Source: Setoptus koraiensis
Taxonomy: Eukaryota; Animalia; Arthropoda
NCBI GenBank assembly: GCA_048013815.1
Contig: CM106586.1
Span: 14,198,001-14,262,000, forward strand
Direction of reading: 5' to 3'
DNA: 64,000 bases
A model generated the notes under the pieces. The model ran no database searches and was not told where the DNA came from. It was given only the letters and a program-made list of their open reading frames with translations. A program made the position numbers and the translations under genes. Position 1 is the stretch's first letter; each line of letters starts with the position of its first letter. Below, in pieces: positions 23,701 to 35,488 of this stretch.

Positions 23701-24780
23701 TATTGTGATTAAGTGAAAATGAAACCTTGCCTCTCGTCTTACCAATATATTTTCAAATATCTCACCAGTTTAATATCTTTTTCTTGCATCATTGCGAATA
23801 TCCAGACAACTGATTGAAATGTTTCCGTTCATAGACAAATATAAAGTTGCTATATGGGGCTGGTCCTACGGAGGCTATGCTGCGGCTATGTCGTTGGCTC
23901 AAGGGAGCATGCCCTTGAAAATTGATACGAGATCATCAAGTAGAAATAGAACAAAAATTGAAGGTGACCAGCCTCACAGTCACCCGCAAGAAGTATTCGA
24001 GTGCGCTGTCTCGGTGGCCCCAGTAACGAATTGGCTATACTACGACACTGCCTACACGGAACGATATATGGATAGCCCATACAAAAATGAACGGTATGAT
24101 CGATGGAGACCAGGCGATCATCATTCATTCGGAGATCAGTATTCCAAAAGAGACGAATCAGTTGGTTTGGAACGATTAGTTGTAAAATCTACGGGTAAAA
24201 CTGTACATCCAGCTACTACAACTAAGACTAAAATGGCAGCAACAACAAGTAGGACAAAGAACGTCACCTCATCGTTATTGAGCTCTGACTTAAATGAGAG
24301 GTATAGAAAGGCTTCGTTATTAGATTTTGTATCGCACATGGATAGGAAAAGATTCCTCTTAATACATGGCACAGCCGACGGTAAGTACATTTGTCAGCCC
24401 TACATTGTGAGATTGTTTGTTTGGTCTTGTCTGGCTGGTTGTCGCTAACTATCCGATACAAATTTGACTTTTTGTTTCTATCTGTTCACAATCACTACAC
24501 TGGTACACACAAACACACAATATATATCGCACTGACAGATAACGTCCATTTTCAGCAATCAGTAATGCTCATGAAACTATTAACAAAGTTAAACATACTA
24601 TATGAGACACAATTATATCCAGATGAAGATCATGCAATAAATCATTATGCGGCCAAAATGCATTTATATTCGACTATTAACGATTTCTTTGGGCAATGTT
24701 TCGACATAGCACTATCCTATGATAATGTTCCTTACGACATGCACAATCACAAACACAATCAAAAGTACAGAGTGAATTGA
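20779..24780 (+). CDS. DPP4: Dipeptidyl peptidase 4 family (S9B) type II membrane peptidase, catalytic triad intact, about 1,050-1,070 aa
   Basis: Exons 20779..21264, 21400..21978, 22100..22200, 22293..22419, 22536..22759, 22887..23699, 23806..24380 and 24539..24780; all GT-AG with consistent phases. TM anchor after RNYRGI; GIPDWLYEEEL (Glu-Glu motif), YPK|AG.NP, VYAGPGSQ, GWSYGGY (Ser), VAPVTNW.YYD..YTERYM, HGTAD|DNVH (Asp), YPDEDH (His). An in-frame ATG at 20764 is an alternative start. Orthology within the DPP4/FAP/DPP6/DPP10 group is not resolved. Confidence 0.93.
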
Positions 24781-24927
24781 ACAGCACATATTGGATTTTT
24801 CATCAATGAATTCTCTCACAAACTAGCCAACTCATACCGCATGACACGACGCCAGACGCTACTACACCACTATTAATGGCTAGCCAGACCAGATCAGTTA
24901 ATTGGTTGTTCTTGCCATATCTGTTGC

Positions 24928-25262
24928 TTAGTTATTAGTTATATCCAGCAAAAACGAATTGTGGAAGCAGAGGACGGCGTTGTTGGTACATCGCAAGTAA
25001 ATGCGCTCACATTCAACGCTTGAATACTGGCTACTGTTGGAGCAAAGCGTCAAGAAGACATCGTCGTTGTCGTCGTTATTATTACGTAATAGCTTACTAA
25101 TGTAGGAAGCGTTAAAACGATGCCGTTCGCCTGCTACAGCTTGCTCATAAAGAGCTAGATTATTCATATGTTCTAGTCTATCTTTACTATTATATCTAGG
25201 CAAACAAGTAATACAAACAAACAACAAAAAATAAAGCAGCGTTCTCACCTAACATCCAGCAT
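24928..25262 (-). CDS. Hypothetical 93-aa two-exon orphan ORF
   Basis: complement(join(24928..25195,25249..25262)): ACAACC-ATG CTG GAT GTT AG|GTGAGA, a 53-nt intron ending in CCTAG, then 89 open codons with 4 Cys. No recognisable domain. Confidence 0.25.
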
Positions 25263-27167
25263 GGTTGTTGTTTGAGACTCGCAATGTCACCAATGTACCA
25301 TTGGATACATTCAATTGGAGTGTTGGTCCGACACTCGGACGCAAACAAGATTAAGACGCTCACTACTATCAGCACACTACTCACTGGGCCCCATAGTTCA
25401 TGGCTTCATAAATTTATTAGTGAGGTTTATTAGTGAGGTGGGCCAATGATGCAACATGCAATAATCAGCTGTTTGGTCAGGTAGTTTGGGGCCATTCATT
25501 ATTATTTTCGACTCGACTTGGATTGCATTCTCTGCTCGCTTAATTAGCCGCTGCCGGCCCGAGGTCGGGACCGCAAGCGTGTTTTGTGCGACTATTTGCG
25601 AGTGCCCAAGTGGGTACGTTTGCCGTGTAGAAGCTGTTCGCTAGAGCGAACATTGTTCATGGGAGGGGCGATGGTCGCGATGGGAGAGCAGGCACACACT
25701 CAATGTTCATATTGGGCAGTTTCAATCGAGTGTGCACAAAGTAACACCTTTTGTTTGCCACTCCGTTATTGGTTGGCGCCGATCTGAGACTGAACCTCAC
25801 TTACCCGAGGCGGAAATGAGAGCGCGCCGTGTCGTGCGAACACAACGTTAGAAGCCGGCAGCGGATGCTCGCGGGGCGACTTGTGTAACCATTTGTCTCA
25901 TTGGCCGGTCGCATTGTTGGCTGCTGTTGAAAAGCGCTTTCAATTTGAACTGATTACATGAATCTCTCTCACATTGTCGGTATGTGTGTGTGTGTGTGTG
26001 TGTGGCGCGCGCGCGCGCTCATTTCGGAAGATCGCGCGAATATGTTTAAAGTGTGCCAGAGTGTGACCGCTGCTCGCATAATGGATTAGGTGCCCAATGG
26101 TGGCTGTTGTCAGCGAACTTTTGCAGCAGCTGCACGGCGAACTGTTGGCTGGCGAATGTTTCGTGTGCCACGTTCGATCTAATGTAACGCGCGCGTAGGG
26201 GCACAGTTATTCAAGTTCAATACCTACACAACACACACACACACACGGAATCAAGTTATCACAACAGCGAGCCATACTCAACTTATGCCACCAACGTGCA
26301 GCGCAAGCGATCGATGCAACAATTGCCGTGGGCGCAAAAGCGCTCCTGCGCGCACTCCGGGGGCACAAAATGGGGAACGGGCGCCCAAGTGTGGAGCGTG
26401 CGTGCGTAGCGACGGCAGCCTAGCACCATGTTCGATGGCTGCCGGCCAATGCAAATGTTCGATCTTGAGCCGAGCGCTGAGTCTCGCTGAGTCGGCCCAC
26501 ACTGTGTCGTGTGTGTTTAATGTGCGACGCTAGTTCGACAATAGTTCGATCGCCCATCTGGGAGCGCTCGCTGGCTGTAGCAGCTGGAGCAGCGAGAGGG
26601 AACTTTTGCCCCTCGCTGCAAGCGCACGCTCTCTGTTGCGTCGCCCATGTTTAGGGCGCTGCTGTGTGTGTGTGTGTGTGTGCCTGCTGCAGTGTGAGCC
26701 CTATGGAACTGTTCACGAGCGAACTATCTTGCTCTATGTTTGTGTGTGCTCTATCTCTCTTGCCAACGACGACGACGACGGGCGACGGGCGAGGAACTAG
26801 AGCACGCGAGACGATAAGCGACGCAGCAAAGGAGAAACAATATGCGATATAATGAAGCGAATCTCCAACGCAAGCTAGTCACTCGCTCGCACACAGGGCA
26901 TTTTAGCAGGCAAGATATCGCATCTGCGCTGGCTTGTGCAGTGTGAATTTAAAATTATTAATTTTTCAATTATTTATTGTTAGTATCAGAGATCGAAATC
27001 GACGCTGGAATCCGACAATCACGACAATCAAGCGAAACAAAACACTGATTGCAAGCCACAGCTAGTTGAAATAGCCACAATAATACCGGTAGATAAAACC
27101 CAAATGATAGATTCGTCTGGCAATGTCAGCAAGGCAGTGATGTAATTACGATCGCACTAGGCACAAA

Positions 27168-28843
27168 ATGGAAAACACCAGGGGCAACTCATGCGACATT
27201 GACGACTGGCGATGGAGCTCGACGGACAAAACCGACGAGGTGAGTACACGCCCACACACAAGACACACCGACGCATAAAACCCATAATATCCAGACAAAT
27301 CCAGCTGCACACTGTGTAGCGCATCTTCAGCATCACTAACGTATCTCTCTGTCTCATACACAATCGGTATGCAACTAATATCCATGCATGCACAATATCC
27401 AGTGCGTTGTGAGCGACGACGGTCACGAGGTTCTATTCCATCCGGAATGCAGCGGAGGCACCGACTGCATCAGAGCAAATCGACCCTTGCCAAGAAACGG
27501 AAACCATTACTATTGGGAGGTAAGTGGCACAACACTCAGGGGCCTCATCGCCATTTGACTACTCGCATTATACTAATCGACCACTCAACCCACACACACA
27601 CACACAATCCAGGTCACTATTTATCATAGGATATACGGCACGGCAGTAATGGTTGGCGTCTGCACCAGAAATCAATCTCTTGCCGACGACAAGTACTACA
27701 GTCTCATTGGATTTGATGAAAACGGCTGGTGTCTCACTCATAAGGGCGATATATGGCACAATAGAAAGTCACGCAGATATACAGATGCCTTTGGCGAGGA
27801 TAAAGGTGATCAGACCATTGGAGTTTTATACGACTCCGCAAATGGAATATTAACATTTTATAAAGTGAGTTACTTAACCTCATATTATGGCCCACTGTAC
27901 ACGCACATTAAGCATTATTAGATTATAAACAAAGCAAGCAAGATATTATCAGTTAGTGAGACACTCATAGTGACAACACTAATACAACTATTAGAACAAT
28001 TGATTGACGACATACATCATGGGCACTAATATTGCACATTTATACAATTAGTGCAACCACATGATTATATCCAAGCGTGAGGTGATAATGCTGAACGTTT
28101 ATTGTGGCCAGATTAATTTTCAAGTCTATTCCTTTGTGTGGTTCATGCCGTTCCATTCACTATTTATACCAGCGATATGAGCTTGCTAGAATGGTGGAGC
28201 CTAACTACAGAGGAGCAACATTTATAGCTTATCATTTGCGCCTATCAATTTTATTACATCTGATTAATCCTCTCTATTTACATGCGTGTCTATGCTATTT
28301 GTACTATTTTTTCATCTAAATTTACTCGATAACAGAATGGCAAATGCTTAGGACAGGCCTTTGATAATTTGCACAAATCAGGTGAAGATCTCTATCCCGT
28401 AATCGGATCAACAGCACTACGAACTAAAATCAGACTAGAAGGCGCTTACCGATATTTTCCTAATCTGAAAGACAGGTAATTGTTATCTTTGAGCGACACA
28501 TCTCGTTCATATGAACGTGATTTTACTTTATCAACTATCATTTACAGTTTACTGACAATCCACTGATATATCTGTTTACCATAAATTACCAACAAACAAA
28601 TGTAGATGCCGCTACGTTGTGTACCATCGCATTCTCAAGGACACAAACGATACAAGCAAATTACAATTACCCACAACATTGCTGCAATATATTTATGAAT
28701 TATCGCCAGGTTCCGTCAAAAACGACGAGCGTGGGCAAAACCAACATTATAAAACTTTTGGACAAAATGGTTCTGAAAATAAACGGAATCACAGAGCAGG
28801 AGTTGACGCCATCACAAATAGAATTCGGTTTTCTTATAGCTAA
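27168..28843 (+). CDS. SPSB3: SPRY-domain SOCS-box protein 3-like (Elongin BC-Cul5 substrate adaptor), 5 exons, 272 aa
   Basis: join(27168..27239,27403..27519,27613..27864,28336..28475,28606..28843); 819 nt, all GT-AG. DWRWSSTDK, LFHP, HYYWE|V, RIYGTAVMVG, IGVLYD...G.LTFYK|NGKCLG.AF, LYPVIGSTA and the SOCS box PNLKDRCRYVV...LQLPTTLLQYI. Confidence 0.92.
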
Positions 28844-30964
28844 ACGTGCCACATTGGACAGCAACCTTCAGGAAAACTCACAAATGATCACACAGTATGA
28901 GTTGTGAACACAGTGAGACAATATTGCGGTTGATTATTTCTAGGGCGTCATAAGACTTGAGACAACCAAATATAACTATTTTGCTTATTCACACGAGCAA
29001 CAAATATCACCATTCATAGAACAACTATTAGACATTATTGAACAGGCGTCTAGAATTTATCATCAGTAATTTATCCGATTGATTCTGGTATATCATACCA
29101 GTACGTATACAAGTAATCAACATCTTGAACGACAACCAGTGACGATCACTCAACAAAACTCGACACGCTCTGGTCAGTGGTCACGTTCAAGACATTCAAC
29201 GTTTATTTTCATTCGAGGCTGTCTGAAACTCTGAACGCTACATCAGTCCTGCTGACATGTATATAGAAGACACTTGCGAACAATACTTAAATAGGCTATC
29301 ATAAAACATTTAGGAAAACACAAAACATTGATTATAGAGATTGTTAAGACTAATCAACTTAACTAATTTGGTTTATTATTACATTGTGATAATGATCCCA
29401 TGCAAAACAAGCATACGATCCTTCATCATCGTGTCAGTCTAAACTAAATTAGAAAATCTCCGAGTTAATCTAGTCATGAACGGATGGAGGTGGTGCGAGC
29501 TGGAGTAGGATACAATTGTATGAACTAATTAATGCGAACGTATTAAGATATTCGTACCAATGATATTACAAAAAAGTATTGCTCTACCTTTGCCGTTAAA
29601 TTTATAATTATTCGGTCATTCGACTATGATAGGTAATAGTAGTTATTAGTAATAATGAATCAATAAATGGACACAAGAAATGTTCAACATCACCCTAGTG
29701 GTCTTAATTTAAAGTTGCTTTCCTTTTGTCATGAACGCCTCTCATAAATATCAAAGTGGGAAAAAGTTATGCTGCAGTTCTTGATCATCTACTAATACAT
29801 CTCGGTAAAAGCAACAAAATTTTAACTCGAAATTCTCTCATATTTTATTTTTATGTGTGAAGATACAATCTGAATTTCAATTAATATAGACAAAGCGCCC
29901 TGTTGAAGGACAAGCAAGAAACATTAAGAGACTCTGAAAATAGAATTTTGAGCCCGTAAAATACATGAGGGCACACAGGATTTCTCATGCATTTTCTCAT
30001 TGAATTTTTTTTTTTTTAACAAAGTGCGCCGTTCACTTACTTTTGCATGGTTTATTGCTCTCAAAGGTCGGGTTTACCGAGATATAGATTATAAAAAACT
30101 ATAAAATTTCTACGATCTTGGCTCAATTATCAAACGAACCTAGCAAGCTCTTGAATCAGAAACTGAAGGATGTCTCAGCAGCACGATACCTGTCTAAGCT
30201 CTGCTAGAAACATGTAGCAAAGTCACTGATGTGTTGGCCATCTTTAACGCTGAAAATACCTTGTTTCACTTCTAAGTTTTAATTTTTCTTCTAAACGATT
30301 GTGTCTCTGATCTTTGATCCTGAGTTCTTACACAAGTTGTAATTCATGGGCCAGCTCTCACGAAATATGGTCGATTACGTAACAGTTTGTGTTTGAATAT
30401 GCCGCTCGAGAGTTTTTGCGGCGCCCAATAACTGTGTCGCCAGCATTGGATGTTTCAGCGAATGGGAATCGCTGATTGGGGGCAGTCACAGCGTTCATAG
30501 GCGCAGTTATTGCCCCTCTAGCTTTAGCGCACTTTATTCCTGTGGCGACTGCTTTGTTTTGATTTTGTGTCTTTGATGGTTCCATTAATTGGCGCCAAAC
30601 TTTTTCTATTGATGCTAGTGCCAGTGCTGGTCAGACTATATATATACACAGTCCCGACACATTGTTGCCGCATTAGGACATGATATTCGCCACTTGCGTC
30701 GGTATTTCGATATTATTCGAATATCAGTTTTAATTTAATCACAATTTTAGATATTTTGAGTATATTTTAACAACCGACGCAGCCTACAAGGTCAAAAGTA
30801 ACATTATCTCCATTAATTCCGACAATAGAAGCTGGTCTTTCAATTCGTGTAGCAGCCCAATAATCACATCAATAAACAAAAATCACCAGACAACACCGTT
30901 GTTTTATTCAAGTGCACCAGACATTAATATACAAGATCATTTTCCAACGATATCGACTATCTCG

Positions 30965-31690
30965 ATGGATTCCCAAATGTTTGATTGCAGCCACAAAACA
31001 GAGGAATGGACAGACCTATTGCAAATCAATGCATCCGACTCCGCTAAAGATGATAAATTGTGGCACGATCTGGCCGCGGTCAATGCAGACGATATCATAG
31101 AGAGGGCCATACAAAAGAAGCGCCTGAGAGATCTGGAGAAGGCAGAAAAAAGGAAAGCAGCCCAAGCAGCTATTAATAAAAGTACCACTGATACATTAGT
31201 AGACACATTAACACCTAACATCAAATCTATTCCTGCCGGAGATCTCACCAATACAATTACTACGTCGGCTAAAACTAATCTTAACCTAGCAAAAAAGGAT
31301 CACATCAAAAAGCCATTTGTTCCTCTGCCTGAAAGAGACCCCGAAATTTTGAGGCGTCGTCAGAAACAAATCGACTTCGGCAAAAACACCTTAGCATACC
31401 AACAATTTATCAAGCTTAAAACTAAACGAGAGAGAAGTAAAACAGATCCTAGAACGCCAAACAAATGCTTAAAATACTCTCGCAGGTCATTTGACCAGCT
31501 AATCAAGCTGTGGCGTATAAGCTTGCACAAATATGACCCAGAGGGAGCTCCTAAACCAGCTCACTTGATCAATAAGTTGACCTCAACAGATATTGAAATG
31601 TCAGCCGACGATGCCTCTGAAATATTCGATAGTGCTTTCTCGGAAGCTGTCACCAATCTATCGACAGGAGATTACCCGTCCACCGGTTGA
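30965..31690 (+). CDS. SLBP: Histone mRNA stem-loop binding protein
   Basis: RNA-binding domain ERDPEILRRRQKQIDFGKNT.AY...DPRTPNK..KYSRRSFDQLIKLWR.SLHKYDP, including the TPNK phosphosite. First in-frame ATG is 30965. The frame is open back to about 30734 with a TTTTAG acceptor at 30750, so an unresolved upstream exon is possible. Confidence 0.93.
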   Translation: MDSQMFDCSHKTEEWTDLLQINASDSAKDDKLWHDLAAVNADDIIERAIQKKRLRDLEKAEKRKAAQAAINKSTTDTLVDTLTPNIKSIPAGDLTNTITTSAKTNLNLAKKDHIKKPFVPLPERDPEILRRRQKQIDFGKNTLAYQQFIKLKTKRERSKTDPRTPNKCLKYSRRSFDQLIKLWRISLHKYDPEGAPKPAHLINKLTSTDIEMSADDASEIFDSAFSEAVTNLSTGDYPSTG

Positions 31691-31826
31691 GAGCTACGAT
31701 CTAATGAAACCGAATATGTTTGTCTCGAATAATTATACTATAACTAAAATTATGCTACAATAAAATCATTGAAGGCTCTGTGCGTGCTATAACTTATAAA
31801 CTTAGTTTCCAACTGCAATGATATGA

Positions 31827-34800
31827 TCATGGATTTAATTTGTTTCTTATCTCTTGGTGCAGACTACACAAAACTTCAACATAGGATGCGTTGTCCAATT
31901 TGAAAGAATCGGAAGCCGACTTTTGTATAACATTAACCTTTCTGTCTTCATAGAGGAAATTCTTGAACACCGCCTCTGTTTTATCGCGCCCTTGACGAAC
32001 AACTGTTACTTTTAGGGCCCTCTTTCGTCCCTTTGATAGATCTGCGATCAAATTTTCCAAAAATTTTGTCTCCGAAGATTTCGAGTCACGATACACCTAT
32101 AGTTGGTAGAGAGAAGATTAAAAAGTTAGCATTCATAACGAAAGAGAGATTTTTTTTTATCTAATTTCCGCGAATTCCGCATCGTAGATAATACTCACCC
32201 AGTTGAGGTAATCATCATCCTTGTGACTGCCAAACACGCTAGTCAGAAATTGTGAGCCCAGGTCGTTATTTGGAAAATAAATGAATAGATAATAACCGTT
32301 TTCCAGTATATAACATTGACCATGCTGTTCCTCTATAACGAGTCTATAACATCTCGATAGCTCAGCAGACAAGCCGTGGGTGTTCTCTTGATCTGCTTTG
32401 CAAGCCTCAATAGAATATAATCTGGGATACAATGTAACTTGAGATTGTGCAGGCGTAGACCCCAACAGATGTATTTGAGAAAGAGCTTTATCGTCAGGGG
32501 ATAGTTCCGATCCACCGTCGATGGCGTCACACTTCAAAGCCCCACATAAATACATTGGCAGCAACTTCATTCCTTCAGGCAAAATCAACTGACTTGGTGC
32601 ACTCTCCGGTTGGGCGCAGTGTTTTCGATAAGCAATCAATATTGATACAATTCTATTGTTTAGTTGCTCTTTGACCTGCTTGGATGTCAAGGATCCAGAC
32701 TTTAATTTCTGCATTGCTTCTTTTATGATTAGATTGACAGTTGTATCACAGCAAACTGTGCGATACAAATCCTGTATCAATGTACACGTAGACAAGGCCA
32801 AGTTATGCACTCGAATCCTACGCTCTCCACAAAGAGAAGTATAAATCATGGCAAATTGTATAACAACAAGATCCTTTTCGTGCAGTTTGTCATCATAGTT
32901 TAGTTGGACAGCAATATTTGATGTGGTGTTCACAGCCGACATGTCGTAGTTTGATCCAATTGCAGGACTGAAATTTCCGAGATAATTGCATGGGCTGATA
33001 CCGGGGGATGTGCGAACCCTCATCTGCGCATCAAAAGCGACCGTTGATTTTAAAGAATATTTCAAATCTTCTATAAATTTATCTGGCGTTAGTTCGTTAA
33101 AATATTTATTGATTGTATTGCTTCCAGTCAGTCTTGCCAATTCTCCAATCGAAGCCACATCGAGATAAGGACCGGAGGCTGATGGAAATAGAAATAGCTC
33201 GACTCCGCTAGCATAATCTGTGATGCATTTCTGAGCCAGCGAAGTATAATATGCATTGGGAGAAAGTACCTCTTTTTCTTTGTCAGTTCCCAGTGCTCGC
33301 CTCATGTCGTCGGGATTCTTTTTAGCTATTAGGCGTCCTGGTGTAGTAGAATCTCCATAAGTCGGCAGCGAACAATGGAACATATAGATCTTACCGGCTG
33401 GTATAGCCTCTTGTTGGTTTGGTGACAGTCTCGCGTTCTTCTGATTACCGTTTTGCCCGGTCTGAAGCCAATTGGTAGTATCAGCGGCGCATGTTTTAAA
33501 AGCTGCCTCAATCACTGGCCCTAACACAGTCTGGGTTTCCAGGTCAGAGTCGGGGCAAAGAGATGGTAAAGCCTCCAAAAATTGTTTGATCTGCTCATAA
33601 TTTTCGATAGGATCTAGAAGAAATTGAGAGGTTGATGCCACTGTAGCTGATGAGGCAACATCACAAATAACATAAGCGTGACCTCCGTTTGCCACGTCAT
33701 ACATAGAAATTTTGGAATTATAACTGATGAAACCAACAAGAGGTGTTATCGGTACTGAGTAGGCAAAGTCTGATGGAATGTTTTCTTTGATGATGTCGGC
33801 GAGATATTTAGATACATAATCGATGACATGTTTCGAATTCCGTGTCATCTCAAAAGCGAAGATGATATGTGGGCGCCTAGGCACCTCAAGCTCATTCCTA
33901 TAATAATTTTTGGTAGCTTTGAATTCGTAACTTCCTAAATGTAACTCTGGTCTTTGAAGTTTATCGACACGATTGAAATTGTGGTCAACTGGGCAAAAAT
34001 AGGATTGGGGTGTTTCATTGATAAGACTGCACAAACAGCATTGATACCTCTTGCCACCTTCGATAAATCTCATATATGGGTTCATGTAAGCCATGCACCT
34101 ATTGCAACGAACAATCTCACTTAGAGACTGTGGAATAAACATTTTTGCATCTACCTCTCTATCATCAAACGGTTTGACAAGAACACCCAAGTCCAAGCCA
34201 GATGCATCTAAAATGTCTTTCGTCGTAGGCACTTGATAAATAGTTGATCTAATATGGCATGGTCGCGAGCACCCCTCATCTTGCAAGACCAATTGGAGGT
34301 CTGGCGATTCTAATGTTGTAACCAAAGGTGGTAGAAGAGCTGGCGCGGTGAATTTGATATGTTTATCAGCCTCAGAAAATCTAGCAATTTCTTCGTTGAT
34401 CATTTGCACCACACTAGGCATCAGGTTAGGATCTAGCTTTTGACGTTCCTGTTGGGGTTGTTGTTGAGGAGCTGGCGGATAGTGCTGGTTGATGGGCGGA
34501 TAATGCTGGTTGACCGGCGGGTGATGCTGGTTGACCGGCGGGTGATGCTGGTTGACCGGCGGGTGATGCTGGTTGATGGGATAATATTGTTGAGGTCCAG
34601 CATGGTATTGTTGATATTGTTGGTGTTGTTGTTGTTGGGGAGGAGGAGGATATGAAGTTGGTTGATTTTGATGCATTGCAGGAGATGGTTGGTTGTGCTG
34701 CATTGAAGAAGGTGGCTGATTGTGGTGCATCGTAGAAGTTGGTTGGTTGTGATTCATCGTAGGAGATGGTTGGTTATATTGCATTGCTGGAGGTGGTGGA

Positions 34801-34865
34801 TTATGATGAATTGTCGAAGATGGTTGATTATATTGCATCGTATGAGGTGGTTGATGATGATGCAT
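31827..34865 (-). CDS. SEC24C: COPII cargo adaptor Sec24C/D, 2 exons, 978 aa
   Basis: complement(join(31827..32096,32199..34865)); TGG|GTGAGT donor, CTATAG acceptor, phase 0. LDPNLMPSVV, zinc finger RCNRC.AYMNPY...CCLC, RPEL..GSYEF, trunk and helical domains (LILPE..KLLP.Y), C-terminal SYVEVLCSLHQEIR. Q/P/H-rich N-terminus; start placed at MHHHQPP. C versus D not resolved. Confidence 0.95.
34483..34865 (-). repeat. Coding tandem repeats in the Sec24 N-terminal disordered region
   Basis: About 5 x 21 bp (PPVNQHH/PPINQHY) at 34483-34580 and about 7 degenerate 27-bp units (M[QHN][YHQ]NQP[ST]xx) at about 34665-34865. Confidence 0.9.
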
Positions 34866-35488
34866 TGTAAAAGATGTTGGGTGATATTGAGATAATTTAA
34901 GCGACAATTCTTCGAATAAATGTAGGATAGCGATTGCGGCTTGAGGGCTAGTGTAAGAATAATATTTATCGGAGTATGTGTCAGTATAACACATATGAGC
35001 GAGGAGTGTGTTCTTACACAGGAAATGTGTACTGAGTGCGCTTCTTTCAATGTCCTTTTGCGAAGTTCATTTTTATTCCGCCAGGAGCGCGCAGAGCCTG
35101 CTTGGATACACACACGAGGATAGAGTGTTACGTTAAATGTTTATTTATTTTGATTCAATCGAGCATTCATTTTAGCACACGAGGTCAACTTGCTCGGATA
35201 ACATTTGGAAATCCATGAGCGTCGCCCTGGCGGAATAAAAAGAAACCCCGCAGAATGATATTGGGAAAAGCGCACACAGTACTGACAAGATCAAGAGCGG
35301 TGCGGACGGGAAAGGGGTGCGTCGGGAGTGTGTTTGGGGTGTGTGCGTGCGCGACACACCCACTAACTGATTTCACCATGTTCATGCTACATGCACAAGT
35401 ACCAATAAATATTACTCATACATTAATCATCAAACCGTGCGCCCGATTCGCTCAAATTAATTTTCGAAAGAACTCTGGTATCTTATCA

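Noticed and set aside
25983-26018. (TG)n(GC)n run with Z-DNA potential
   Set aside because: Simple repeats of this kind are common throughout the window, with nothing to single this one out.
28617-28907. Alternative-frame ORF over the last SPSB3 exon containing SVGKTNII, resembling a P-loop
   Set aside because: It lacks the first Gly of GxxxxGK[ST] and the other GTPase boxes, and the SOCS-box frame explains the exon.
34866-34994. ORF-track starts upstream of the likely true ATGs (Sec24 34994, YIPF 3509, LIPT1 1223, SLBP 30899)
   Set aside because: They are non-ATG or unconserved extensions; downstream ATGs fit the known N-termini better.
35255-35488. 78-codon N-terminal extension of the hydratase ORF as a remnant SDR domain
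   Set aside because: No Rossmann GxxxGxG or YxxxK motif; it reads as promoter or UTR sequence with (GT)n.
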